Positions 52,447 through 64,000 of a DNA stretch of 64,000 nt are shown one piece after another. This stretch comes from Macrostomum lignano (taxonomy: Eukaryota), in the NCBI GenBank assembly GCA_002269645.1, contig NIVC01000227.1:637525-701524 (forward strand), written 5' to 3'. Each line of letters opens with the position of its first letter. Within the stretch, counting starts at the first letter, position 1. Both the position numbers and the translations under genes were made by a program. The notes under the pieces were generated by a model. It was not told where the DNA came from and searched no databases. It saw only the letters and a program-made list of their open reading frames with translations.

Positions 52447-55400
52447 TCAGTCGTCAGCGCTTCTTTCTACCGGCATGTCTTCGTCCTCGCTCGAATCTGT
52501 CGAGTCCGCCTCGCCGAACTTGCGCGCGCCGACTCGTTGTGGTCGCTTTGAATTGGCCGACAGCATCTTCAGAATGATCGGATCGTTTGAGTCCTTGGAG
52601 CTGAACACAATCAGCTGGTCGTTCAGTGCCAGCCGAATCGAGTGCAGCGGCTGATCGGGTGTCAGGATGCTCAACATTTCCAGGCTCTGCATGTTCCACA
52701 CTGACAGGCTCCTGGCGTAGATCAAAGCCCATTTATCGTCGCGGAACAACTGGATGAAGTTTCGGTGACTGCTCTGCTGGAAGTTCACACAGGCGCTGGT
52801 CTTGGCCACACGGACTTTGGCTGGACTGCGTCGGCAGTCGCGTACCCGCAGCTCGCCTCTGTCGGTCCCGTAGACGAGAATGCTAGCGTCGCTGTTGATA
52901 GCTACGGCCCCGACGCCGCCCTCGTTGAAGGACTTCTTCACTTTTCCGGTGCGACAGTCCCAGAGGCACAGCTGGCTCATTTCCTGCTGCTCGTTGTAGA
53001 TAGTATGAGCGAGGTAGCGCCCGTTGGGACTAAGCGACGCTGTAAACAAGTGCAGCAGGGCGTTGGGATGCTCCAGCACGCTTTGCTGGGTCCCGTTGGA
53101 CAAGTTGAATACGCAGATGTGGTGAGCAAAAAAGCTGGACACAACGGTGGACTGGTCCTTGCTAATTAGGAAGTCCGCGATGCCGTTTCCTTTCTCCTGC
53201 TCAAGCTCGTCAGCTCGTTGCTTTTTCTCCTCCCACTCGCTTCGATAGCGTCGAGTTTTTGCCGATTTGCTCTCGTTTCTGCGCTCCCAGGGTGTCATGA
53301 AAACCGTCTGCTTTCGACTGTTGATGAACTCTTCAAACATTTCGTTTTCGCGCTGCAGCACGCTACCCTCGAGCAGGGCGGACGGCCGCTTCTTGTTAGG
53401 GTCAAACGAGAATTCTGGCTTAATTCGGCGAATAATTTCACCAGACTCTAGGCTGTACACCAAAAAGTTGGTGTGAAACTCATTTATGCACAACAGCTGG
53501 TTGCCATGAATCACGTGATATTCCTCGTAGGCGCACGGTACAATGAGTACGTTGTTTAAATTGACAGTGAATTTTTGCTTTTGAATATCGAAGATAGTTA
53601 GTGTCTGGTACACGAACTTTGCATTCGGCACCTTAGGCGAGAAACCTGGTCTTGCTAGAACAATGACAAAGTGCCTGTCCATCAGCACCATGTCATTGGG
53701 CCCAGCGATGCTTTTGGCAGATTTAACAACTTTGCCGGAGAATTTATTCGCGCTGAGACTCCAAGCGTGAATTACGCTATTGTCGGAAAGTTTTGTCAGT
53801 GCATACCGGTTGTTACCTGCGTCGATAACTATATCAGCCAGATTTACGAGGCTTTCGGTCTTTTGCGGCGCGGATTGCATGTTCTGCTGCACGTTCCACA
53901 TGCGAAGGGCGTTCTCGGCCAGCGAGCCCGTGATCACACGACGAAAATCGTAAACAGCACCAATTGACGAAATTCCTGGGTGACGAGTAAAGTGTTTGTG
54001 CTCCTCGGTCTCCAGGTTCCATGCCACAATATCAGTCATATTCTTGTCTCGCATAGGATTCAAGGAGATCACGTGCTGTTGAATGTTAGTTAGCATTAGC
54101 TCATCGACTACACTGTCAGATGAACAACCCTTGATGCGTCGGACGCTTTTGCCTTTTCCGGTGTCAAATAGCTCCAAGAAGAACATGTGCACGCGAGTGT
54201 GCAAGTCGGTAGCCTGGCAAGCTACAATGTAATACTCGCGACTAGTCTGCACAGCCGTCACTAGGGACGCTTTGTCAAGACAGGACAGCTTTAATACGTC
54301 CTGTCCGCTGCGGCAGTGGACAACACGAGCGAAATTGGAACCTCTAAGGCCGTACAGAACTAAATCTGCGTTGCATCGGGTAGAGACAACCACGGTGCGA
54401 TCCTGGTGCAGTCCTGTCTCTGTTAACGTCTTGTCGCAGACCTTAGTTAAGCGCTCCAAATTCCAGTGCGCATCACGCAGATACCCTGGTGAAAGCAAAC
54501 CAAGTTGTTTGTGTCTCCATTGACGACAACAGAGCAAGGATCATCCTGAACTGGAATGGTGAAAAGCAGACAGCCTATCTTCACTGCGTACACCTTTACG
54601 CATGTTAACTCCGATGTGATCAACACCGATTCCTGACGGCCAAGCGTCATGGACAGTACCTGACTGCCAGAGCCTTCAATAGTGCTTACGACTCTACTAT
54701 TCGTCAAGTCCCACACTTTAATTGTGTCCTCCTGCGAGCTAGTGAATCCCGTGGTTCCATCTTCGCTGATGCAGACAGCCGTGATTGGCAGTCGGTGTCC
54801 CTGCAGGAGATCAAGGACAATCTCGCTAGGCGTTGTCATGCACGACTTTGATGGGACAAGAGTGGGAACGTTGTTGCGCCGAGCGCGATAAAAGAGGGCG
54901 TGCACAAATGGGTACTTCTTCGGATCTGCTGGAGCCTTTGGCCGATCAGCTTTGAGCACATCCGTGATGCGTCCAAGAAGCTGTGACGCTAGTTGCTTCG
55001 GGTCTAGCTCCAGCTCGGCTCGAGACAAGTACAAAGAGTTGGATATCAGTCGTAGGTCTTTGTCACGAGGCTCGGCGCTTAGCACAGATTCGTACAAATC
55101 CAACACATGTCGCACCGACGAAGCCAACATTTTGGCCAGAATGAAATCAAAGTTGCACAGGCACTTTTGTTTCAACGATTCAAACTGCTGCGACTCTCTC
55201 AGGTGCCAAGGCAGCTCGGCAAGTTTTCGGTCGTTGCAGACGAAACCCGGCGGCTCTTGACGCTCGAAGTAGTATGGCTGAGAGCTGACAAAGCGGTTGG
55301 AGCCGGCCTCGTTGCCCAGGTGCGGCTTTCGCTTGTTGCCGGCCCACATTCCGTCGAAGTATTCGGCGAGAGCCTTGTGCAGCACCGGCTTTTCCTTCTG

Positions 55401-58400
55401 GTTCAAGTAGCGCTCCGCGGCTGCTTCATTGAACATGTTGAATGCCCAGACGATAGTGACACAGTTGTCTACGGATTTTTCTGTCAAGAATTCACCGAGT
55501 GCGTTTCGCAGGCGCAGCCAAGCGATCGGGGGGCAGCGACGCACAGGCAGATGAAACTGAAAGTTGAGCACGTCCATCACGTGGTCGTCGAGCGACAAAA
55601 TGTCGAGTAGTTCTGCTTCTGTCAAGCCGTTCTTGGCGGCCGTCAGGTATCCGAGCGCTCGTTTAACAAGCAAATCGCCGAATCCAGACTCCAGTCGGCT
55701 CAAGTAGAATGTCACCGACTGTTTCAGAGTCTTGGCTGCAAATTCTCGGGGCAAGAAGCTGGGCGGCCAGTTTAAGGATTCGTGGAAGCTGAGTCGCAGC
55801 TGAAGAGGCAACGGCACGCAATTAAAAGCCGACAGTACATGCTCAAGCTGCGGTGTGGTCAGTGTTTTGCCTTCTTTAGCTAGCCACGAACTCAAAATCT
55901 TCTCAGCTTCCTCGACCGTCAGCTGCTCCATCTCCATGAAGTGATCCGGGGAGGCGTCTGAGTACATGCTCTTCAGCTGGCCCAGCACGCCGACCCGTTC
56001 GTCGCCAACCGTTGATGCGATCACCTTGACGTATTTCGGCAACACCTTCGGCAGCCAGTGGCACCGACGACCTTGGTACTCTTCGGTGAGCTGGCCCAGG
56101 GAGTCCAGCAAGATGACAAGCGGACGGTCGCGAGAGGCCTGTTGAAGTCGAGCAGTGAACTCGTTGACCAGGCCAGCGAAATCCTGCGTGTAGGAGAGAC
56201 GGTTTTGATTGACTTTGCTGCTGCAGTCAACTGTTGCAAACATTTGAAACAGTTAGAGTATTATACATATAGCCCTCAAACGTGTTTTTATTTTCATCAG
56301 GAAAACTGACAATGTTCCCAATTGTAAATCACAACTGTTGAGAATTTGAATCGAAAGTCGTAAAAATGTTGTCATTAAACAATTAACAAATTTTCGGGTC
56401 TGGAATAATATCTTTATGATTACGGCAAGCATAGATAAATATATACTTGTTGTCATAGTTCTTATTCAAACAGGTTAGTGAGATGAATGTGTGCAAATCT
56501 GGTCAAATTTTGTAATTAACTTGATTAGATAGTCAATCCGGAATTTACAATTACAAGAATAAAGTTGCTAATTAATTCTGATAGCATTCGAAGTTGATCA
56601 TTGTAGTAGGTTAAAAACGCATAAATAAATTTGAAATTTGAAACACTCTGTACCAGCATCTCCTCTGGATTGCTCGCGAAACGTTTCTGGAAAATAAAAT
56701 TCCAGATTATATTGAAATTTCAAATCAGCCCCATAGAAAGACGCAGACAAGTTTAAGTGTTAGCTGGCGAAAAAGGTTTTAGATAGATGCGCACATAGAA
56801 CCTTTTTAAAAACCAGTCACTTATAAACGAATAAGTGAAATATCAAATATGTACTAGGCATTATGTGTAGGTTTTTATTTGACATCTACATCTCATTAGA
56901 CTATAGCTCACTTGGCTAGTTTGAGCTAAATAAACTCGCTCTACCTAGAATAAGGGAATATGTTTCCTGGAGGTAACCCACATCACCTGGAGGTAACCCA
57001 CATCACCTGGAGGTAATCCACATCACCTGGAGGTAACCCACATCACCTGGAGGTAACCCACATCACCTGGAGGTAACCCACATCACCTGGAGGTAACCCA
57101 CGTCACCTGGATGTAACCCACGTCACCTGGAGGTAACCCACATCACCTGAAGGTAACCCACGTCACCTGGATGTAACCCACGTCACCTGGAGGTAACCCA
57201 CGTCACCTGGAGGTAACCCACGTCACCTGGAGGTAACCCACGTCACCTGGAGGTAACCCACGTCACCTGGAGGTAAACCATGTCACCTGGAGGTAACATA
57301 CTTAACAACTACCAGGCTTAAGGACCCTAAGAAACCCCGAATCCATGTCAGAGTCAATTAAAATAAAAATTAATAAAGCCTCGTTACCTGCGGTGGGTCG
57401 CCTTGTTCTTTCCACTTTAACAGCAATTCTCGGCAGATGCTTCCCAACAGGTAGCGGACGTTCCCAGACCTGCTGGACACTCCAACAACGCGAACAACAC
57501 AAGTCGAACTCTCCGGCAGCCAGTCTTTCAATTTTGAGAAGCATTTCGCCATCAAAGTGGTCTTGCCACTACCCGACGGTCCGTGCACCACCATGGGGAT
57601 CATGCTGTCCGAGTTCAGGTACGCCTTCATCTTGGCTAGCATGGTCTTGCGGCCGTAGCATTCAGCAGCACTGAGAGAAAATTGAAAAAAGAATCACAGC
57701 TTAATACTTAGAAGCTACTGTAAGTAATACAAACGCATCAAAGCTAGTTTGTTTTGGCTACACGTCTTTCATAACTATGAATAGAGTGAGACCGGGCAGA
57801 TCAGAAAAATGTACTATGGATGCATGGCCTTTATTAATCGGCCTTGAGTTTGTACCATAGTTCACCGAATAAGAGTGCTGCATACTTTTCCCTTTCTTAC
57901 TTAGTTCTGCATGCTGCACTTGTCTAATTAATCACCTCCACCAAAGCGTATTTTTATTGCGCATCGGGTAAAGAGCGGTTGGTTAGTTGAGTTCATATGC
58001 CCTGATACATGCTCTGAACCATATGCTCTATTCGGAGAACTTGCTTTAAGTAAATAAAGCAATGAATATAATTACTGTTGCAGGCAGTAGTTCTCATTCT
58101 CCTGAATAGTGTGCATCAGACTCTGCTGCTCAGTCTGGTGCCTCTCCAGATCCAGTCCAATTTGACGAATCTGCGGCTCTAGGACGCGGATAATCTGGGC
58201 GCAGATTTTTTTCACGTGATTCTCGTGAATGCGCGACCGCTCGGGATTGACGCCGCCCTCTGGGATCCAACTGATCTGAGCCCGGTGGATGATGTCTTCT
58301 GGCACCTGAGGGTGAAATTTTCAGCAAGTTTTTTATAATAAAGCAGAACGCTAAACTGAATTTGGTAGTGATAGAATCTGCCTGGTTTAAAATTGTTTAC

Positions 58401-60893
58401 AACCATAGTAAAACGCTCGGTTCATTGACACACCATCAATTCCAGATCCCGTTTGACCGTAAAAAAGCGTGCGCAGCCTCTAAGTCGACCTCGTCACGTC
58501 CCGGCTCAATGTCCGTATATAAGGCCGCGAGTGGCTGGCCTACTTGATCTTTCAAGTTGTCAAAAGTTCGCACAAACATCAGAGCGTCCGAGTGGCTGCC
58601 ACGCGATCGAAGCACGGTCTGGCGCAACTCTTGCTCCAGCACGGACGTCTTGTTTAGGGCAAGGATGGTGCTCTCAGACTCGGGCATGACGTCATTTTTC
58701 ACTAGTCGACGCGAGCAGAAGGTGAGCGTGGCCAACAGTTGCTGGTCCGTCCGCTGCCACTGGTCCTGAACCTGAATTCTGTAAGCGGAAAATTCCGGCA
58801 GAACGCTGCTGACCTGCGCTAGCCGGTAAACTACTGGCACGCGACTGCTATCCAGATAATACCAGGTATCCAGGAAGTTTTCGCTAGGCAAGTAGGGCTC
58901 TATGCTGCGTATGTTGTCCTCCAATTGAGACTTGCGAATAAGCATCGCCCGGCCCACCGTCTTCGCTACCGATGTGAGGCTTGCCTTCGGCTTCGGCTTC
59001 ACGCTGCTCCGGCGCCTGTTGACGCTTGTCCGCCGGTTGTTTCGACGAGTTGAGGCGTCTTCAAAATCATCATCCGTATCATCATCGTCTGCGCCGGCTC
59101 TGTTGCGCTTTTCTTCCTGGACTTTGCGCTCTGTCTCCATCTCTTCCAGCTCTTTTTGACGCTCAACTCGCAGTTGCTGCAGCTTCTGGTAGGCCGAGTT
59201 GTATTCGCCCCGGATTAGTTCGAATTCGGCTCGATCAATGGTCGGCGGGCTGCTCGGCTTGCCGAATTTGTCTCCGAGTAGGATCTGAGAGGAAGGGAAC
59301 CGATATACTTGATTTATCACTTGCTTAAGCTATGCACTAACTATACATAGGCAAGTACTCAATAATAATAAATTTCTTCACTAATCAAAGGGGATGTCAA
59401 CCTATCCGAAGAAGCCCGAAGCAAAACTCTGGACCAAGCGGACTAACTTGTCAGAGCAGTCGACTAGAAACGCCAAGACATGCACCATCAACCTCCCTTC
59501 CTGGCGTTTCCAGTGTTTGCTAGTTCTTGCCGACTTTAATTTCTATTCCGCAGTTTAAGCTGACATCCCTTTTGATCAAACACACCGGTATCCGACTACA
59601 TGCATTCGAAAGTTACCAGTTTCGATCAAATTACTGTGCATTAAAGTTAATTCGCTAGAAAGACGCATCCGACATACCACATGATTTAGCCGATCCTTAT
59701 ACAGCTTCGTCTTGGCAAGAGCCTCCTGACAGATTTTCATATCTTCGTGGTTGTCGCAGGCGTGAAACCGGCAGCCAAAATGCGGATCAATCAGACGAAA
59801 GTCCAGACCAAAGCTGCGCGCAGTGTCCCGCAGATGTGGCACAAGATGCTCGGCCATAGCCGCTCGCTCGGCATCAAAATCACCTAAGCTGGACGTCACA
59901 TACAGTAGCAGAGTCTTGGCGTCGTCCCGAGTTCGAGCCCCGATCGGTGGTAGGGCCGTCATGGAGGACGACTGCCTGCTGAGGACTTCTTCCAGTTCGG
60001 AAGCGACGGCAAACGTGTTCACGAAGGTCAGCTCCTTGTCCAGCAGCGATTTTACTTTTTCGTCCTGTTGCGGATCGGCCGCCAACGTGGCCGGTCCGGC
60101 GGCCGGCGGCGTAGACTCAGTTTCCGGATGAAGAAAGTCGACCGGGATGACACCCGCTGTGCTGAGTGTGGAGTTGGAGCGCTGTACGCCGTACTGCGAG
60201 TAGCGCTGAAACAGTACGGTGGACCTGTCGGACTCTAGCGACTCGTGCTCGTCTGCTGGCCTCGGACGTGGCGTAACCTCGGCAGCGCGAGCTGATGCCA
60301 GAGGCTCCGAGGCTGATGCATTTGTACCTTCCGCAGCTAGTCTTCCGTTTAAAAGTACATCACCGCCACCGCCGCCACCGCCGCCACCGCCGCCGCCACC
60401 TGCAATGCCGTCGGGCGTTGGGCCGTCGCTGATAACGCCACGACTGGCCTCGCTGCTCTCCTGGATAGCCGCGAACCGACGATCGAGGCGATGGCGCAGG
60501 CCACGCTGGTGAAAATTGGGAGGTGCGATCAGTTGGAAAAAGTACAAGTACAGCATGTAAGTAAACAAGAGTATAACACAATAACGTTAATATTTACAAC
60601 TTACTTTCATGTGACTAATAACCAACTGTTGCCGCTCCGTTCCCATTGCTCGACTCTGGCGAAACAGTTTCCAATGACCGTAGTGATCCTGCAGTTTTTT
60701 GTAAAGTGCATCCAGCACGAATTCAGTATTAGCTGAAACCACTATTCTACAGACTAAGAAGCCACTCTAAACTTACCAGACCATCCATTCTGCCAGTCAT
60801 AACTTGATCGCCTAGCAGCTTGGGAAAGATAGCCCTGTAGCCGAAGCTCTTCCGGCCTGGCGACTGTTTTCCCGCAGCCGCGGTAGCCTCATC
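52447..60893 (-). CDS. NACHT- and WD40-repeat protein (NWD1/NWD2-like STAND NTPase with a DUF4062-like N-terminal domain), about 2000 aa; 5' end unresolved
   Basis: Phase-consistent GT-AG exons: 60893-60777, 60505-59678, 59284-58434, 58305-58076, 57670-57388, 56183-52447. Motifs: LYVTSSLGDFDAER...FRLIDPHFG (DUF4062-like), Walker A GPSGSGKT, Walker B LVILLDSL, GLTEAELLDILSLDDHV, RKLAELPWHL, and WD repeats (GHRLPITAV, DTIKVWDL, LRMWNV, LCLWD). Two 1-nt frameshifts at homopolymers (58461-58466, 54484-54486) must be assumed. Confidence 0.85.
56967..57298. repeat. 20-bp minisatellite (tggaggtaacccacatcacc)n, about 16 copies, in an NWD intron
   Basis: Direct periodicity. Confidence 0.95.
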
Positions 60894-61894
60894 CTAAAGT
60901 GACATTGTTTCAGGCATGCACTAATGTGTGTAGGATAATTTAAATAATACATCATTTGCTACACGTTTACTGTAAGCGTATTACCCTCAAAGTTTCTTGG
61001 CAGTCTTTCAGAGGGTAGCCCATTTTCAGCTTGAAACCTCTAACAATCTTCAGAGGGTTTTTCAGAGAGGCTTGCCATCTTGTACGAGCTACTAGAGGTC
61101 TAAGACACTCTAGAGAGGATTTCTATGCCCTTCCAGAGGGCCAGACGTCACGAATTAGCAATCATGGAAAAGTACAATACTTTTTCTAGACAAAATGACT
61201 CAGAGAACTATCCGCCTACGCGTGCAACTCACAGCGTCTTGATTGAAGTTCATTGCTGAAGCGACACGCTTTGACTGGTTTGACTGGCCGAAACGATTTC
61301 TGCTTCAAAGACAATCCTGTCAGCCCCCCTTTTCGCTAGTTTGCACGTGATTCTTTCGGCCTTCTCTTTTATTTAAGAACGTTTGTGCTTCGAAAAGAGT
61401 TGAGTGGGAGCGAGGGCTAACGACGCCTTATTCAGAAGCGACCTATAAAGATAAATCTAGATCTCTCACTAATTCAACTGTCTCTTGACTCTCTGTTGCT
61501 AGTTTATGCGAGCTAGAAACTATGGAAGAGTCTAAAATAGACGGACAAACTACAAAAGAAATAGACAGGGATGGAAATTAAAAGAGACGAAAGCAGCTCT
61601 AGGCGTAATGAGCAGTCTCTCAGTAGGGGGTGACTGTTAAAACGCAGCGCGCACCTCAACGGCCCTCCCCAACTTTTCCTTGTTTTTACTATTTCTTTCA
61701 TCTCTTCTCTCAACTCCGATTGGAAGGCCACTAATGAAAGGAATGATAGAACAGTAAGTCAGAGAATTCGCCTATTTACATTTGCACGCACCCGCTTCCA
61801 TTTGCGACAGCGATTAGCCCTTGGCACCAACCCACCCGAGCGCCGTCGAGAACGAAGCTGGTTGCTATGGTGATATCTCTGGGTGAGAAAGTGA

Positions 61895-61897
61895 AGA

Positions 61898-61955
<58 letters not shown>
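61895..61955. repeat. (GA)n microsatellite
   Basis: Direct reading. Confidence 0.95.
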
Positions 61956-62703
61956 TAGGCGGGCGGCACATTAAATTTAGACTGATAATGTGCAGTTATG
62001 AAATTCTGCAGCACGATTGCTCTTTTTTCTCTAATTCACATCGGTCGCGCCATGAGCGAGAGAGAATAATGGGTAGAGAAATAGAGAGAGAGCAAAAGAC
62101 AAGATGGACCGAATACCTGCCAGAGTCCAGTCACGTACAAGTTATTAAGTGCAAGAAATGTTTATGCACGCGTTTGAGTTTATTCGAGCTGAACTGAGGC
62201 GGCTACAGGTGAGGAGACCGGGCCAGAGAAAGACTCTTATGAAGCACTCGTTTCAATTGAATTAAAAAAGGAGAGGTGAATATCGCCACTGCAGCGGCGG
62301 CAGCGATAAGGCTGGCCAAATGAGTAGCAAATTCAGATTTGATACGAGATAAACTGTCCTTAGACTGCCCGACAAGCACTCAAGGCTATGGTAAACTCGA
62401 CAGGGTGGCGGGCTAGCAACCAGAGGGGGTAGCCATTCTGCGGCTATTTGCTGCAGTTTGGCGGCGTTTAGTAGATGGGTAGATGTGGTAACATTCTAAG
62501 ATTAATTGTTGTTGTTGTTCTCAATGTATGCAGTGCACTGCGAAGGAGTGCACTGCGAAGGAGTGAGTGTAATACAGCCAGGAGTAGTTTACTTGCAAAT
62601 AATTGCGAAAAAGTTCTAATCGTACAAAACGAACTTTATTCGTTCAAAATTAATCATCTGAAAAATAGAAAATGCTATCTGAAATGCTATAATATCAACG
62701 ATC

Positions 62704-63776
62704 TGTGACATTGCACTGGCTTATCATCTGACACTGACGTCGTGTCTGTGACACTGATGTATCTGTGACACTGAGTATCATCTGTGACACTGATGTATAT
62801 CTGTGACACTGACGCATCATCTGTGACACTGATGTATCATCTGTGACACTGATGTATCATCTGTGACACTGAGTATCATCTGTGACACTGATGTATCATC
62901 TGTGACACTGATGTATCATCTGTGACACTGATGTATCATCTGTGACACTGATGTATCATCTGTGACACTGACGTATCATCTGTGACACTGATGTATCATC
63001 TGTGACACTGACGTATTATCTGTGACACTGACGTATCATCTGTGACACTGATGTATCTTTGACACTGATGTATCATCTGTGACACTGACGTATCATCTGC
63101 GATATCTGACGCATCATCTGTGACACTGACGCATCATCTGTGACACTGACGCATCATCTGTGACACTGACGCATCATCTGTGACACTGACGCATCATCTG
63201 TGACACTGACGCATCATCTGTGACACTGACGCATCATCTGTGACACTGACGCATCATCTGTGACACTGACGCATCATCTGTGACACTGACGCATCATCTC
63301 TTGACACTGACGCATCATCTGTGACACTGACGCATCATCTGTGACACTGACGCATCATCTGTGACACTGACGCATCATCTGTGACACTGACGCATCATCT
63401 GTGACACTGACGCATCATCTGTGACACTGACATCATCTGGGACACTGACGCATCATCTGTGACACTGACGCATCATCTGTGACACTGACGCATCATCTGT
63501 GACACTGACGCATCATCTGTGACACTGACGCATCATCTGTGACACTGACGCATCATCTGTGACACTGACGCATCATCTGTGACACTGACGCATCATCTGT
63601 GACACTGACGTATCATCTGTGACACTGACGCATCATCTGTGACACTGACGCATCATCTGTGACACTGACGCATCATCTGTGACACTGACGCATCATCTGT
63701 GACACTGACGCATCATCTGTGACACTGACGCATCATCTGTGACACTGACGCATCATCTGTGACACTGACGCATCAT
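62704..63776. repeat. 20-bp minisatellite (tgtgacactgacgcatcatc)n, about 53 copies
   Basis: Direct periodicity. tgatgtat variants dominate the left part and tgacgcat variants the right part. Confidence 0.95.
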
Positions 63777-64000
63777 ATATAACACTTGAGTGCCTCTGAC
63801 ATTGGAGTATTTTGTCCCATTGATGTATCGGTGGCGCTGAAGTATCTTCGTGAAACTGTTGTATCTGCGATATTTCCATCGTATCAGTGATAATCTAAAC
63901 GTGAATACATTCTTAAGATCAAGCACCAGACTACTTGAAACACGCCAGCGCTACAACAGTCAATTTATCGCTCCTCAAGATTCTTGGTACGCATTCTTTG

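Noticed and set aside
60985-61150. Further upstream NWD exon (MGYPLKDCQETLR with donor AGG/GTAATA)
   Set aside because: It is phase-compatible but short and has no homology support, so it was left out of the gene model.

Overview
Eukaryotic animal DNA: spliceosomal introns, polyQ-rich proteins and minisatellite-filled introns. This style suggests a free-living flatworm such as Macrostomum, which is inference only. Host genes: an intronless rhodopsin-like GPCR (16.7-17.8 kb), a probable 4-TM membrane protein (29.7-30.4 kb), a 4-exon kinesin light chain (38.0-42.6 kb), a secreted PAN/apple + LamG-like protein (49.1-50.1 kb), a ~2000-aa DUF4062-NACHT-WD40 (NWD1/2-like) STAND gene (52.4-60.9 kb, two homopolymer frameshifts), and a secreted protein made of a signal peptide plus 36 copies of GGQRWNK (3.66-4.55 kb). 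Mobile DNA: two Crypton-type tyrosine-recombinase (YR) elements, each broken by one lesion; several non-autonomous inverted-repeat elements; a 5'-truncated RNase H-bearing LINE; two copies of a hAT-like MITE; Helitron-like ends; and about 15 tandem arrays. Two signals stand out. (1) An apparent YR-mobilised element network: subterminal inverted repeats, 6-bp direct cores arranged like att sites, GGC-TTC-GCC-capped hairpins, and about 30 dispersed copies of GTCTATGG/CCATAGAC, which also seeds a 39-bp satellite. (2) The GGQRWNK polyprotein, whose repeat variation is almost all synonymous. There are no CRISPR arrays, and I recognised no rRNA or tRNA. All coordinates and counts were read by hand; no searches were run.
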